Under the pieces are notes generated by a model, which was given only the letters and a program-made list of their open reading frames with translations, searched no databases and was not told where the DNA came from. Of a DNA stretch of 64,000 nucleotides, positions 14,320 through 28,877 are shown one piece after another (the first letter of the stretch is position 1; the number at the start of each line of letters is the position of its first letter). Made by a program: the position numbers and the translations under genes. Source of the DNA: the human T2T-CHM13v2.0 reference genome, Homo sapiens; NCBI RefSeq assembly GCF_009914755.1, contig NC_060925.1; one strand, given 5' to 3'.

Positions 14320-15382
14320 ATGGAATCGTCATCGAATGAATTGAATGCACTCATCGAATGGTCTCGAATGGAATCATCTTCTAATGGAAAGGAATGGAAT
14401 CATCGCATAGAATCGAATGGAATTATCATCGAATGGAATCGAATGGTATCAACACCAAACGGAAAAAAACGGAATTATCGAATGGAATCGAAGAGAATCT
14501 TCGAACGGACCCGAATGGAATCATCTAATGGAATGGAATGGAATAATCCATGGACTCGAATGCAATCATCATCGAATGGAATCGAATGGAGTCATCGAAT
14601 GGACTCGAATGGAATAATCATTGAACGGAATCGAATGGAATCATCATCGGATGGAAACGAATGGAATCATCATCGAATGGAAATGAAAGGAGTCATCATC
14701 TAATGGAATTGCATGGAATCATCATAAAATGGAATCGAATGGAATCAACATCAAATGGAATCAAATGGAATCATTGAACGGAATTGAATGGAATCGTCAT
14801 CGAATGAATTGAATGCAATCATCGAATGGTCTCGAATGGAATCATCTTCAAATGGAATGGAATGGAATCATCGCATAGAATCGAATGGAATTATCATCGA
14901 ATGGAATCGAATGGAATCAACATCAAACGGAAAAAAACGGAATTATCGAATGGAATAGAAGAGAATCATCGAATGGACCCGAATGGAATCATCTAATGGA
15001 ATGGAATGGAATAATCCATGGACTCGAATGCAATCATCATCGAATGGAATCGAATGGAATCATCGAATGAACTCGAATGGAATCATCATTGAATGGAATC
15101 GAATGGAATCATCGAGTGGAATCGAATGGAATTATGATCAAATGGAATCGAATGTAATCATCATCAAATGGAATCAAAAATAACCATCATCAATTGGTAT
15201 TGAATGGAATTGTCATCAAATGGAATTCAAAGGAATCATCATCAAATGGAACCGAATGGAATCCTCATTGAATGGAAATGAAAGGGGTCATCATCTAATG
15301 GAATCGCATGGAATCATCATCAAATGGAATCGAATGGAATCATCATCAAATGGAATCTAATGGAATCATTGAACAGAATTGA
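14320..15382 (+). repeat. 1063 bp truncated unit (713 bp deletion), copy 2; junction at ~15066
   Basis: Same junction sequence. It shares private SNVs with copy 1 (GCACTC, GGAGTCATCG, GGAATAGAAGAG). Confidence 0.92.
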
Positions 15383-18300
15383 ATGGAATCGTCATCGAAT
15401 GAATTGAATGCAATCATCGAATGGTCTCGAATGGAATCATCTTCTAATGGAAAGGAATGGAATCATCGCATAGAATCGAATGGAATTATCATCGAATGGA
15501 ATCGAATGGTATCAACACCAAACGGAAAAAAACGGAATTATCGAATGGAATCGAAGAGAATCTTCGAACGGACCCGAATGGAATCATCTAATGGAATGGA
15601 ATGGAATAATCCATGGACTCGAATGCAATCATCATCGAATGGAATCGAATGGAATCATCGAATGGACTCGAATGGAATAATCATTGAACGGAATCGAATG
15701 GAATCATCATCGGATGGAAACGAATGGAATCATCATCGAATGGAAATGAAAGGAGTCATCATCTAATGGAATTGCATGGAATCATCATAAAATGGAATCG
15801 AATGGAATCAACATCAAATGGAATCAAATGGAATCATTGAACGGAATTGAATGGAATCGTCATCGAATGAATTGACTGCAATCATCGAATGGTCTCGAAT
15901 GGAATCATCTTCAAATGGAATGGAATGGAATCATCGCATAGAATCGAATGGAATTATCATCGAATGGAATCGAATGGAATCAACATCCAACGGAAAAAAA
16001 CGGAATTATCGAATGGAATCGAAGAGAATCATCGAATGGACCCGAATGGAATCATCTAATGGAATGGAATGGAATAATCCATGGACTCGAATGCAATCAT
16101 CATCGAATGGAATCGAATGGAATCATCGAATGGACTCGAATGGAATAATCATTGAACGGAATCGAATGGAATCATCATCGGATGGAAATGAATGGAATCA
16201 TCATCGAATGGAATCGAATAGAATTATGGAATGAAATCCAGTGTGATCATCATCGAAAGGACCCGAATGGAATCATCATCCAACGGAAGCTAATGGAATC
16301 AACATCGAATGAATCGAATGGAAACACCATCGAATTGAAACGAATGGAATTATCATGAAATTGAAATGGATGGACTCATCATCGAATGGATTCGAATGGA
16401 ATCATCGAATAAAATTGATTGAAATCATCATCGAATGGAATCGAATGGTATCATTGAATGGAATCGAATGGAATCATCATCAGATGGAAATGAATGGAAT
16501 CGTCATAGAATGGAATCGAATGGATTCATTGAATGGAATCAGATGGAATCATCGAATGGACTGGAATGGAATCATTGAATGGACTCGAAAGGGATCATGA
16601 TTGAATGGAATTGAATGGAATCATCGAATGGTTTCGATTGGAATCATTATCAAATGGAATCGAATGGAATCACCGAATAGAATCGAATGGAACAATCATC
16701 GAATGGACTCAAATGGAATTATCCTCAAATGGAATCGAATGGAATTATCGAATGCAATCGAATGGAATTATCGAATGCAATCGAATAGAATCATCGAATG
16801 GACTCGAATGGAATCATCGAATGGAATGGAATGGAACAGTCAATGAACTCGAATGGAATCATCATTGAAAGGAATCGAATGGAATCATCGAGTGGAATCG
16901 AATGGAATTATGATCAAATGGAATCGAATGTAATCATCATCAAATGGAATCAAAAATAACCATCATCAATTGGTATTGAATGGAATTGTCATCAAATGGA
17001 ATTCAAAGGAATCATCATCAAATGGAACCGAATGGAATCCTCATTGAATGGAAATGAAAGGGGTCATCATCTAATGGAATCGGATGGAATCATCATCAAA
17101 TGGAATCGAATGGAATCATCATCAAATGGAATCTAATGGAATCATTGAACAGAATTGAATGGAATCGTCATCGAATGAATTGAATGCAATCATCGAATGG
17201 TCTCGAATGGAATCATCTTCTAATGGAAAGGAATGGAATCATCGCATAGAATCGAATGGAATTATCATCGAATGGAATCGAATGGTATCAACACCAAACG
17301 GAAAAAAACGGAATTATCGAATGGAATCGAAGAGAATCTTCGAACGGACCCGAATGGAATCATCTAATGGAATGGAATGGAATAATCCATGGACTCGAAT
17401 GCAATCATCATCGAATGGAATCGAATGGAATCATCGAATGGACTCGAATGGAATAATCATTGAACGGAATCGAATGGAATCATCATCGGATGGAAACGAA
17501 TGGAATCATCATCGAATGGAAATGAAAGGAGTCATCATCTAATGGAATTGCATGGAATCATCATAAAATGGAATCGAATGGAATCAACATCAAATGGAAT
17601 CAAATGGAATCATTGAACGGAATTGAATGGAATCGTCATCGAATGAATTGAATGCAATCATCGAATGGTCTCGAATGGAATCATCTTCAAATGGAATGGA
17701 ATGGAATCATCGCATAGAATCGAATGGAATTATCATCGAATGGAATCGAATGGAATCAACATCCAACGGAAAAAAACGGAATTATCGAATGGAATCGAAG
17801 AGAATCATCGAATGGACCCGAATGGAATCATCTAATGGAATGGAATGGAATAATCCATGGACTCGAATGCAATCATCATCGAATGGAATCGAATGGAATC
17901 ATCGAATGGACTCGAATGGAATAATCATTGAACGGAATCGAATGGAATCATCATCGGATGGAAATGAATGGAATCATCATCGAATGGAATCGAATAGAAT
18001 TATGGAATGAAATCCAGTGTGATCATCATCGAATGGACCCGAATGGAATCATCATCCAACGGAAGCTAATGGAATCAACATCGAATGAATCAAATGGAAA
18101 CACCATCGAATTGAAACGAATGGAATTATCATGAAATTGAAATGGATGGACTCATCATCGAATGGATTCGAATGGAATCATCGAATAAAATTGATTGAAA
18201 TCATCATCGAATGGAATCGAATGGTATCATTGAATGGAATCGAATGGAATCATCATCAGATGGAAATGAATGGAATCGTCATAGAATGGAATCGAATGGA

Positions 18301-21300
18301 TTCATTGAATGGAATCAGATGGAATCATCGAATGGACTGGAATGGAATCATTGAATGGACTCGAAAGGGATCATTATTGAATGGAATTGAATGGAATCAT
18401 TGAATGGTCTCGATTGGAATCATTATCAAATGGAATCGAATGGAATCACCGAATAGAATCGTATAGAACAATCATCGAATGGACTCAAATGGAATTATCC
18501 TCAAATGGAATCGAATGGAATTATCGAATGCAATCGAATGGAATTATCGAATGCAATCGAATAGAATCATCGAATGGACTCGAATGGAATCATCGAATGG
18601 AATGGAATGGAACAGTCAATGAACTCGAATGGAATCATCATTGAATGGAATCGAATGGAATCATCGAGTGGAATCGAATGGAATTATGATCAAATGGAAT
18701 CGAATGTAATCATCATCAAATGGAATCAAAAATAACCATCATCAATTGGTATTGAATGGAATTGTCATCAAATGGAATTCAAAGGAATCATCATCAAATG
18801 GAACCGAATGGAATCCTCATTGAATGGAAATGAAAGGGGTCATCATCTAATGGAATCGCATGGAATCATCATCAAATGGAATCGAATGGAATCATCATCA
18901 AATGGAATCTAATGGAATCATTGAACAGAATTGAATGGAATCGTCATCGAATGAATTGAATGCAATCATCGAATGGTCTCGAATGGAATCATCTTCTAAT
19001 GGAAAGGAATGGAATCATCGCATAGAATCGAATGGAATTATCATCGAATGGAATCGAATGGTATCAACACCAAACGGAAAAAAACGGAATTATCGAATGG
19101 AATCGAAGAGAATCTTCGAACGGACCCGAATGGAATCATCTAATGGAATGGAATGGAATAATCCATGGACTCGAATGCAATCATCATCGAATGGAATGGA
19201 ATGGAATCATCGAATGGACTCGAATGGAATAATCATTGAACGGAATCGAATGGAATCATCATCGGATGGAAACGAATGGAATCATCATCGAATGGAAATG
19301 AAAGGAGTCATCATCTAATGGAATTGCATGGAATCATCATAAAATGGAATCGAATGGAATCAACATCAAATGGAATCAAATGGAATCATTGAACGGAATT
19401 GAATGGAATCGTCATCGAATGAATTGACTGCAATCATCGAATGGTCTCGAATGGAATCATCTTCAAATGGAATGGAATGGAATCATCGCATAGAATCGAA
19501 TGGAATTATCATCGAATGGAATCGAATGGAATCAACATCCAACGGAAAAAAACGGAATTATCGAATGGAATCGAAGAGAATCATCGAATGGACCCGAATG
19601 GAATCATCTAATGGAATGGAATGGAATAATCCATGGACTCGAATGCAATCATCATCGAATGGAATCGAATGGAATCATCGAATGGACTCGAATGGAATAA
19701 TCATTGAACGGAATCGAATGGAATCATCATCGGATGGAAATGAATGGAATCATCATCGAATGGAATCGAATAGAATTATGGAATGAAATCCAGTGTGATC
19801 ATCATCGAAAGGACCCGAATGGAATCATCATCCAACGGAAGCTAATGGAATCAACATCGAATGAATCGAATGGAAACACCATCGAATTGAAACGAATGGA
19901 ATTATCATGAAATTGAAATGGATGGACTCATCATCGAATGGATTCGAATGGAATCATCGAATAAAATTGATTGAAATCATCATCCAATGGAATCGAATGG
20001 TATCATTGAATGGAATCGAATGGAATCATCATCAGATGGAAATGAATGGAATCGTCATAGAATGGAATCGAATGGATTCATTGAATGGAATCAGATGGAA
20101 TCATCGAATGGACTGGAATGGAATCATTGAATGGACTCGAAAGGGATCATGATTGAATGGAATTGAATGGAATCATCGAATGGTCTCGATTGGAATCATT
20201 ATCAAATGGAATCGAATGGAATCACCGAATAGAATCGAATGGAACAATCATCGAATGGACTCAAATGGAATTATCCTCAAATGGAATCGAATGGAATTAT
20301 CGAATGCAATCGAATGGAATTATCGAATGCAATCGAATAGAATCATCGAATGGACTCGAATGGAATCATCGAATGGAATGGAATGGAACAGTCAATGAAC
20401 TCGAATGGAATCATCATTGAAAGGAATCGAATGGAATCATCGAGTGGAATCGAATGGAATTATGATCAAATGGAATCGAATGTAATCATCATCAAATGGA
20501 ATCAAAAATAACCATCATCAATTGGTATTGAATGGAATTGTCATCAAATGGAATTCAAAGGAATCATCATCAAATGGAACCGAATGGAATCCTCATTGAA
20601 TGGAAATGAAAGGGGTCATCATCTAATGGAATCGGATGGAATCATCATCAAATGGAATCGAATGGAATCATCATCAAATGGAATCTAATGGAATCATTGA
20701 ACAGAATTGAATGGAATCGTCATCGAATGAATTGAATGCAATCATCGAATGGTCTCGAATGGAATCATCTTCTAATGGAAAGGAATGGAATCATCGCATA
20801 GAATCGAATGGAATTATCATCGAATGGAATCGAATGGTATCAACACCAAACGGAAAAAAACGGAATTATCGAATGGAATCGAAGAGAATCTTCGAACGGA
20901 CCCGAATGGAATCATCTAATGGAATGGAATGGAATAATCCATGGACTCGAATGCAATCATCATCGAATGGAATCGAATGGAATCATCGAATGGACTCGAA
21001 TGGAATAATCATTGAACGGAATCGAATGGAATCATCATCGGATGGAAACGAATGGAATCATCATCGAATGGAAATGAAAGGAGTCATCATCTAATGGAAT
21101 TGCATGGAATCATCATAAAATGGAATCGAATGGAATCAACATCAAATGGAATCAAATGGAATCATTGAACGGAATTGAATGGAATCGTCATCGAATGAAT
21201 TGAATGCAATCATCGAATGGTCTCGAATGGAATCATCTTCAAATGGAATGGAATGGAATCATCGCATAGAATCGAATGGAATTATCATCGAATGGAATCG

Positions 21301-24300
21301 AATGGAATCAACATCCAACGGAAAAAAACGGAATTATCGAATGGAATCGAAGAGAATCATCGAATGGACCCGAATGGAATCATCTAATGGAATGGAATGG
21401 AATAATCCATGGACTCGAATGCAATCATCATCGAATGGAATCGAATGGAATCATCGAATGGACTCGAATGGAATAATCATTGAACGGAATCGAATGGAAT
21501 CATCATCGGATGGAAATGAATGGAATCATCATCGAATGGAATCGAATAGAATTATGGAATGAAATCCAGTGTGATCATCATCGAATGGACCCGAATGGAA
21601 TCATCATCCAACGGAAGCTAATGGAATCAACATCGAATGAATCAAATGGAAACACCATCGAATTGAAACGAATGGAATTATCATGAAATTGAAATGGATG
21701 GACTCATCATCGAATGGATTCGAATGGAATCATCGAATAAAATTGATTGAAATCATCATCGAATGGAATCGAATGGTATCATTGAATGGAATCGAATGGA
21801 ATCATCATCAGATGGAAATGAATGGAATCGTCATAGAATGGAATCGAATGGATTCATTGAATGGAATCAGATGGAATCATCGAATGGACTGGAATGGAAT
21901 CATTGAATGGACTCGAAAGGGATCATTATTGAATGGAATTGAATGGAATCATTGAATGGTCTCGATTGGAATCATTATCAAATGGAATCGAATGGAATCA
22001 CCGAATAGAATCGTATAGAACAATCATCGAATGGACTCAAATGGAATTATCCTCAAATGGAATCGAATGGAATTATCGAATGCAATCGAATGGAATTATC
22101 GAATGCAATCGAATAGAATCATCGAATGGACTCGAATGGAATCATCGAATGGAATGGAATGGAACAGTCAATGAACTCGAATGGAATCATCATTGAATGG
22201 AATCGAATGGAATCATCGAGTGGAATCGAATGGAATTATGATCAAATGGAATCGAATGTAATCATCATCAAATGGAATCAAAAATAACCATCATCAATTG
22301 GTATTGAATGGAATTGTCATCAAATGGAATTCAAAGGAATCATCATCAAATGGAACCGAATGGAATCCTCATTGAATGGAAATGAAAGGGGTCATCATCT
22401 AATGGAATCGCATGGAATCATCATCAAATGGAATCGAATGGAATCATCATCAAATGGAATCTAATGGAATCATTGAACAGAATTGAATGGAATCGTCATC
22501 GAATGAATTGAATGCAATCATCGAATGGTCTCGAATGGAATCATCTTCTAATGGAAAGGAATGGAATCATCGCATAGAATCGAATGGAATTATCATCGAA
22601 TGGAATCGAATGGTATCAACACCAAACGGAAAAAAACGGAATTATCGAATGGAATCGAAGAGAATCTTCGAACGGACCCGAATGGAATCATCTAATGGAA
22701 TGGAATGGAATAATCCATGGACTCGAATGCAATCATCATCGAATAGAATCGAATGGAATCATCGAATGGACTCGAATGGAATAATCATTGAACGGAATCG
22801 AATGGAATCATCATCGGATGGAAACGAATGGAATCATCATCGAATGGAAATGAAAGGAGTCATCATCTAATGGAATTGCATGGAATCATCATAAAATGGA
22901 ATCGAATGGAATCAACATCAAATGGAATCAAATGGAATCATTGAACGGAATTGAATGGAATCGTCATCGAATGAATTGAATGCAATCATCGAATGGTCTC
23001 GAATGGAATCATCTTCAAATGGAATGGAATGGAATCATCGCATAGAATCGAATGGAATTATCATCGAATGGAATCGAATGGAATCAACATCCAACGGAAA
23101 AAAACGGAATTATCGAATGGAATCGAAGAGAATCATCGAATGGACCCGAATGGAATCATCTAATGGAATGGAATGGAATAATCCATGGACTCGAATGCAA
23201 TCATCATCGAATGGAATCGAATGGAATCATCGAATGGACTCGAATGGAATAATCATTGAACGGAATCGAATGGAATCATCATCGGATGGAAATGAATGGA
23301 ATCATCATCGAATGGAATCGAATAGAATTATGGAATGAAATCCAGTGTGATCATCATCGAAAGGACCCGAATGGAATCATCATCCAACGGAAGCTAATGG
23401 AATCAACATCGAATGAATCGAATGGAAACACCATCGAATTGAAACGAATGGAATTATCATGAAATTGCAATGGATGGACTCATCATCGAATGGATTCGAA
23501 TGGAATCATCGAATAAAATTGATTGAAATCATCATCCAATGGAATCGAATGGTATCATTGAATGGAATCGAATGGAATCATCATCAGATGGAAATGAATG
23601 GAATCGTCATAGAATGGAATCGAATGGATTCATTGAATGGAATCAGATGGAATCATCGAATGGACTGGAATGGAATCATTGAATGGACTCGAAAGGGATC
23701 ATTATTGAATGGAATTGAATGGAATCATCGAATGGTCTCGATTGGAATCATTATCAAATGGAATCGAATGGAATCACCGAATAGAATCGAATGGAACAAT
23801 CATCGAATGGACTCAAATGGAATTATCCTCCAATGGAATCGAATGGAATTATCGAATGCAATCGAATGGAATTATCGAATGCAATCGAATAGAATCATCG
23901 AATGGACTCGAATGGAATCATCGAAAGGAATGGAATGGAACAGTCAATGAACTCGAATGGAATCATCATTGAATGGAATCGAATGGAATCATCGAGTGGA
24001 ATCGAATGGAATTATGATCAAATGGAATCGAATGTAATCATCATCAAATGGAATCAAAAATAACCATCATCAATTGGTATTGAATGGAATTGTCATCAAA
24101 TGGAATTCAAAGGAATCATCATCAAATGGAACCGAATGGAATCCTCATTGAATGGAAATGAAAGGGGTCATCATCTAATGGAATCGCATGGAATCATCAT
24201 CAAATGGAATCGAATGGAATCATCATCAAATGGAATCTAATGGAATCATTGAACAGAATTGAATGGAATCGTCATCGAATGAATTGAATGCAATCATCGA

Positions 24301-27300
24301 ATGGTCTCGAATGGAATCATCTTCTAATGGAAAGGAATGGAATCATCGCATAGAATCGAATGGAATTATCATCGAATGGAATCGAATGGTATCAACACCA
24401 AACGGAAAAAAACGGAATTATCGAATGGAATCGAAGAGAATCTTCGAACGGACCCGAATGGAATCATCTAATGGAATGGAATGGAATAATCCATGGACTC
24501 GAATGCAATCATCATCGAATGGAATCGAATGGAATCATCGAATGGACTCGAATGGAATAATCATTGAACGGAATCGAATGGAATCATCATCGGATGGAAA
24601 CGAATGGAATCATCATCGAATGGAAATGAAAGGAGTCATCATCTAATGGAATTGCATGGAATCATCATAAAATGGAATCGAATGGAATCAACATCAAATG
24701 GAATCAAATGGAATCATTGAACGGAATTGAATGGAATCGTCATCGAATGAATTGACTGCAATCATCGAATGGTCTCGAATGGAATCATATTCAAATGGAA
24801 TGGAATGGAATCATCCCATAGAATCGAATGGAATTATCATAGAATGGAATCGAATGGAATCAACATCAAACGGAAAAAAACGGAATTATCGAATGGAATC
24901 GAAGAGAATCATCGAATGGACCCGAATGGAATCATCTAATGGAATGGAATGGAATAATCCATGGACTCGAATGCAATCATCATCGAATGGAATCGAATGG
25001 AATCATCGAATGGACTCGAATGGAATAATCATTGAACGGAATCGAATGGAATCATCATCGGATGGAAATGAATGGAATCATCATCGAATGGAATCGAATA
25101 GAATTATGGAATGAAATCCAGTGTGATCATCATCGAATGGACCCGAATGGAATCATCATCCAACGGAAGCTAACGGAATCAACATCGAATGAATCGAATG
25201 GAAACACCATCGAATTGAAACGAATGGAATTATCATGAAATTGAAATGGATGGACTCATCATCGAATGGATTCGAATGGAATCATCGAATAAAATTGATT
25301 GAAATCATCATCCAATGGAATCGAATGGTATCATTGAATGGAATCGAATGGAATCATCATCAGATGGAAATGAATGGAATCGTCATAGAATGGAATCGAA
25401 TGGATTCATTGAATGGAATCAGATGGAATCATCGAATGGACTGGAATGGAATCATTGAATGGACTCGAAAGGGATCATGATTGAATGGAATTGAATGGAA
25501 TCATCGAATGGTCTCGATTGGAATCATTATCAAATGGAATCGAATGGAATCACCGAATAGAATCGAATGGAACAATCATCGAATGGACTCAAATGGAATT
25601 ATCCTCCAATGGAATCGAATGGAATTATCGAATGCAATCGAATGGAATTATCGAATGCAATCGAATAGAATCATCGAATGGACTCGAATGGAATCATCGA
25701 ATGGAATGGAATGGAACAGTCAATGAACTCGAATGGAATCATCATTGAATGGAATCGAATGGAATCATCGAGTGGAATCGAATGGAATTATGATCAAATG
25801 GAATCGAATGTAATCATCATCAAATGGAATCAAAAATAACCATCATCAATTGGTATTGAATGGAATTGTCATCAAATGGAATTCAAAGGAATCATCATCA
25901 AATGGAACCGAATGGAATCCTCATTGAATGGAAATGAAAGGGGTCATCATCTAATGGAATCGCATGGAATCATCATCAAATGGAATCGAATGGAATCATC
26001 ATCAAATGGAATCTAATGGAATCATTGAACAGAATTGAATGGAATCGTCATCGAATGAATTGAATGCAATCATCGAATGGTCTCGAATGGAATCATCTTC
26101 TAATGGAAAGGAATGGAATCATCGCATAGAATCGAATGGAATTATCATCGAATGGAATCGAATGGTATCAACACCAAACGGAAAAAAACGGAATTATCGA
26201 ATGGAATCGAAGAGAATCTTCGAACGGACCCGAATGGAATCATCTAATGGAATGGAATGGAATAATCCATGGACTCGAATGCAATCATCATCGAATGGAA
26301 TGGAATGGAATCATCGAATGGACTCGAATGGAATAATCATTGAACGGAATCGAATGGAATCATCATCGGATGGAAACGAATGGAATCATCATCGAATGGA
26401 AATGAAAGGAGTCATCATCTAATGGAATTGCATGGAATCATCATAAAATGGAATCGAATGGAATCAACATCAAATGGAATCAAATGGAATCATTGAACGG
26501 AATTGAATGGAATCGTCATCGAATGAATTGACTGCAATCATCGAATGGTCTCGAATGGAATCATCTTCAAATGGAATGGAATGGAATCATCGCATAGAAT
26601 CGAATGGAATTATCATCGAATGGAATCGAATGGAATCAACATCCAACGGAAAAAAACAGAATTATCGTATGGAATCGAAGAGAATCATCGAATGGACCCG
26701 AATGGAATCATCTAATGGAATGGAATGGAATAATCCATGGACTCGAATGCAATCATCATCGAATGGAATCGAATGGAATCATCGAATGGACTCGAATGGA
26801 ATAATCATTGAACGGAATCGAATGGAATCATCATCGGATGGAAATGAATGGAATCATCATCGAATGGAATCGAATAGAATTATGGAATGAAATCCAGTGT
26901 GATCATCATCGAATGGACCCGAATGGAATCATCATCCAACGGAAGCTAATGGAATCAACATCGAATGAATCGAATGGAAACACCATCGAATTGAAACGAA
27001 TGGAATTATCATGAAATTGAAATGGATGGACTCATCATCGAATGGATTCGAATGGAATCATCGAATAAAATTGATTGAAATCATCATCAAATGGAATCGA
27101 ATGGTATCATTGAATGGAATCGAATGGAATCATCATCAGATGGAAATGAATGGAATCGTCATAGAATGGAATCGAATGGATTCATTGAATGGAATCAGAT
27201 GGAATCATCGAATGGACTGGAATGGAATCATTGAATGGACTCGAAAGGGATCATGATTGAATGGAATTGAATGGAATCATCGAATGGTCTCGATTGGAAT

Positions 27301-27814
27301 CATTACCAAATGGAATCGAATGGAATCACCGAATAGAATCGAATGGAACAATCATCGAATGGACTCAAATGGAATTATCCTCAAATGGAATCGAATGGAA
27401 TTATCGAATGCAATCGAATGGAATTATCGAATGCAATCGAATAGAATCATTGAAAGGACTCGAATGGAATCATCGAATGGAATGGAATGGAACAGTCAAT
27501 GAACTCGAATGGAATCATCATTGAATGGAATCGAATGGAATCATCGAATGGAATCGAATGGAATTATGATCAAATGGAATCGAATGTAATCATCATCAAA
27601 TGGAATCAAAAATAACCATCATCAATTGGTATTGAATGGAATTGTCATCAAATGGAATTCAAAGGAATCATCATCAAATAGAACCGAATGGAATCCTCAT
27701 TGAATGGAAATGAAAGGGGTCATCATCTAATGGAATCGCATGGAATCATCATCAAATGGAATCGAATGGAATCATCATCAAATGGAATCTAATGGAATCA
27801 TTGAACAGAATTGA

Positions 27815-28877
27815 ATGGAATCGTCATCGAATGAATTGAATGCACTCATCGAATGGTCTCGAATGGAATCATCTTCTAATGGAAAGGAATGGAATCATCG
27901 CATAGAATCGAATGGAATTATCATCGAATGGAATCGAATGGTATCAACACCAAACGGAAAAAAACGGAATTATCGAATGGAATCGAAGAGAATCTTCGAA
28001 CGGACCCGAATGGAATCATCTAATGGAATGGAATGGAATAATCCATGGACTCGAATGCAATCATCATCGAATGGAATCGAATGGAGTCATCGAATGGACT
28101 CGAATGGAATAATCATTGAACGGAATCGAATGGAATCATCATCGGATGGAAACGAATGGAATCATCATCGAATGGAAATGAAAGGGGTCATCATCTAATG
28201 GAATTGCATGGAATCATCATAAAATGGAATCGAATGGAATCAACATCAAATGGAATCAAATGGAATCATTGAACGGAATTGAATGGAATCGTCATCGAAT
28301 GAATTGACTGCAATCATCGAATGGTCTCGAATGGAATCATCTTCAAATGGAATGGAATGGAATCATCGCATAGAATCGAATGGAATTATCATCGAATGGA
28401 ATCGAATGGAATCAACATCAAACGGAAAAAAACGGAATTATCGAATGGAATCGAAGAGAATCATCGAATGGACCCGAATGGAATCATCTAATGGAATGGA
28501 ATGGAATAATCCATGGACTCGAATGCAATCATCATCGAATGGAATCGAATGGAATCATCGAATGAACTCGAATGGAATCATCATTGAATGGAATCGAATG
28601 GAATCATCGAGTGGAATCGAATGGAATTATGATCAAATGGAATCGAATGTAATCATCATCAAATGGAATCAAAAATAACCATCATCAATTGGTATTGAAT
28701 GGAATTGTCATCAAATGGAATTCAAAGGAATCATCATCAAATGGAACCGAATGGAATCCTCATTGAATGGAAATGAAAGGGGTCATCATCTAATGGAATC
28801 GCATGGAATCATCATCAAATGGAATCGAATGGAATCATCATCAAATGGAATCTAATGGAATCATTGAACAGAATTGA
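27815..28877 (+). repeat. 1063 bp truncated unit (713 bp deletion), copy 3; junction at ~28561
   Basis: Same junction. It shares GCACTC and GGAGTCATCG but lacks the GGAATAGAAGAG variant. Confidence 0.92.
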
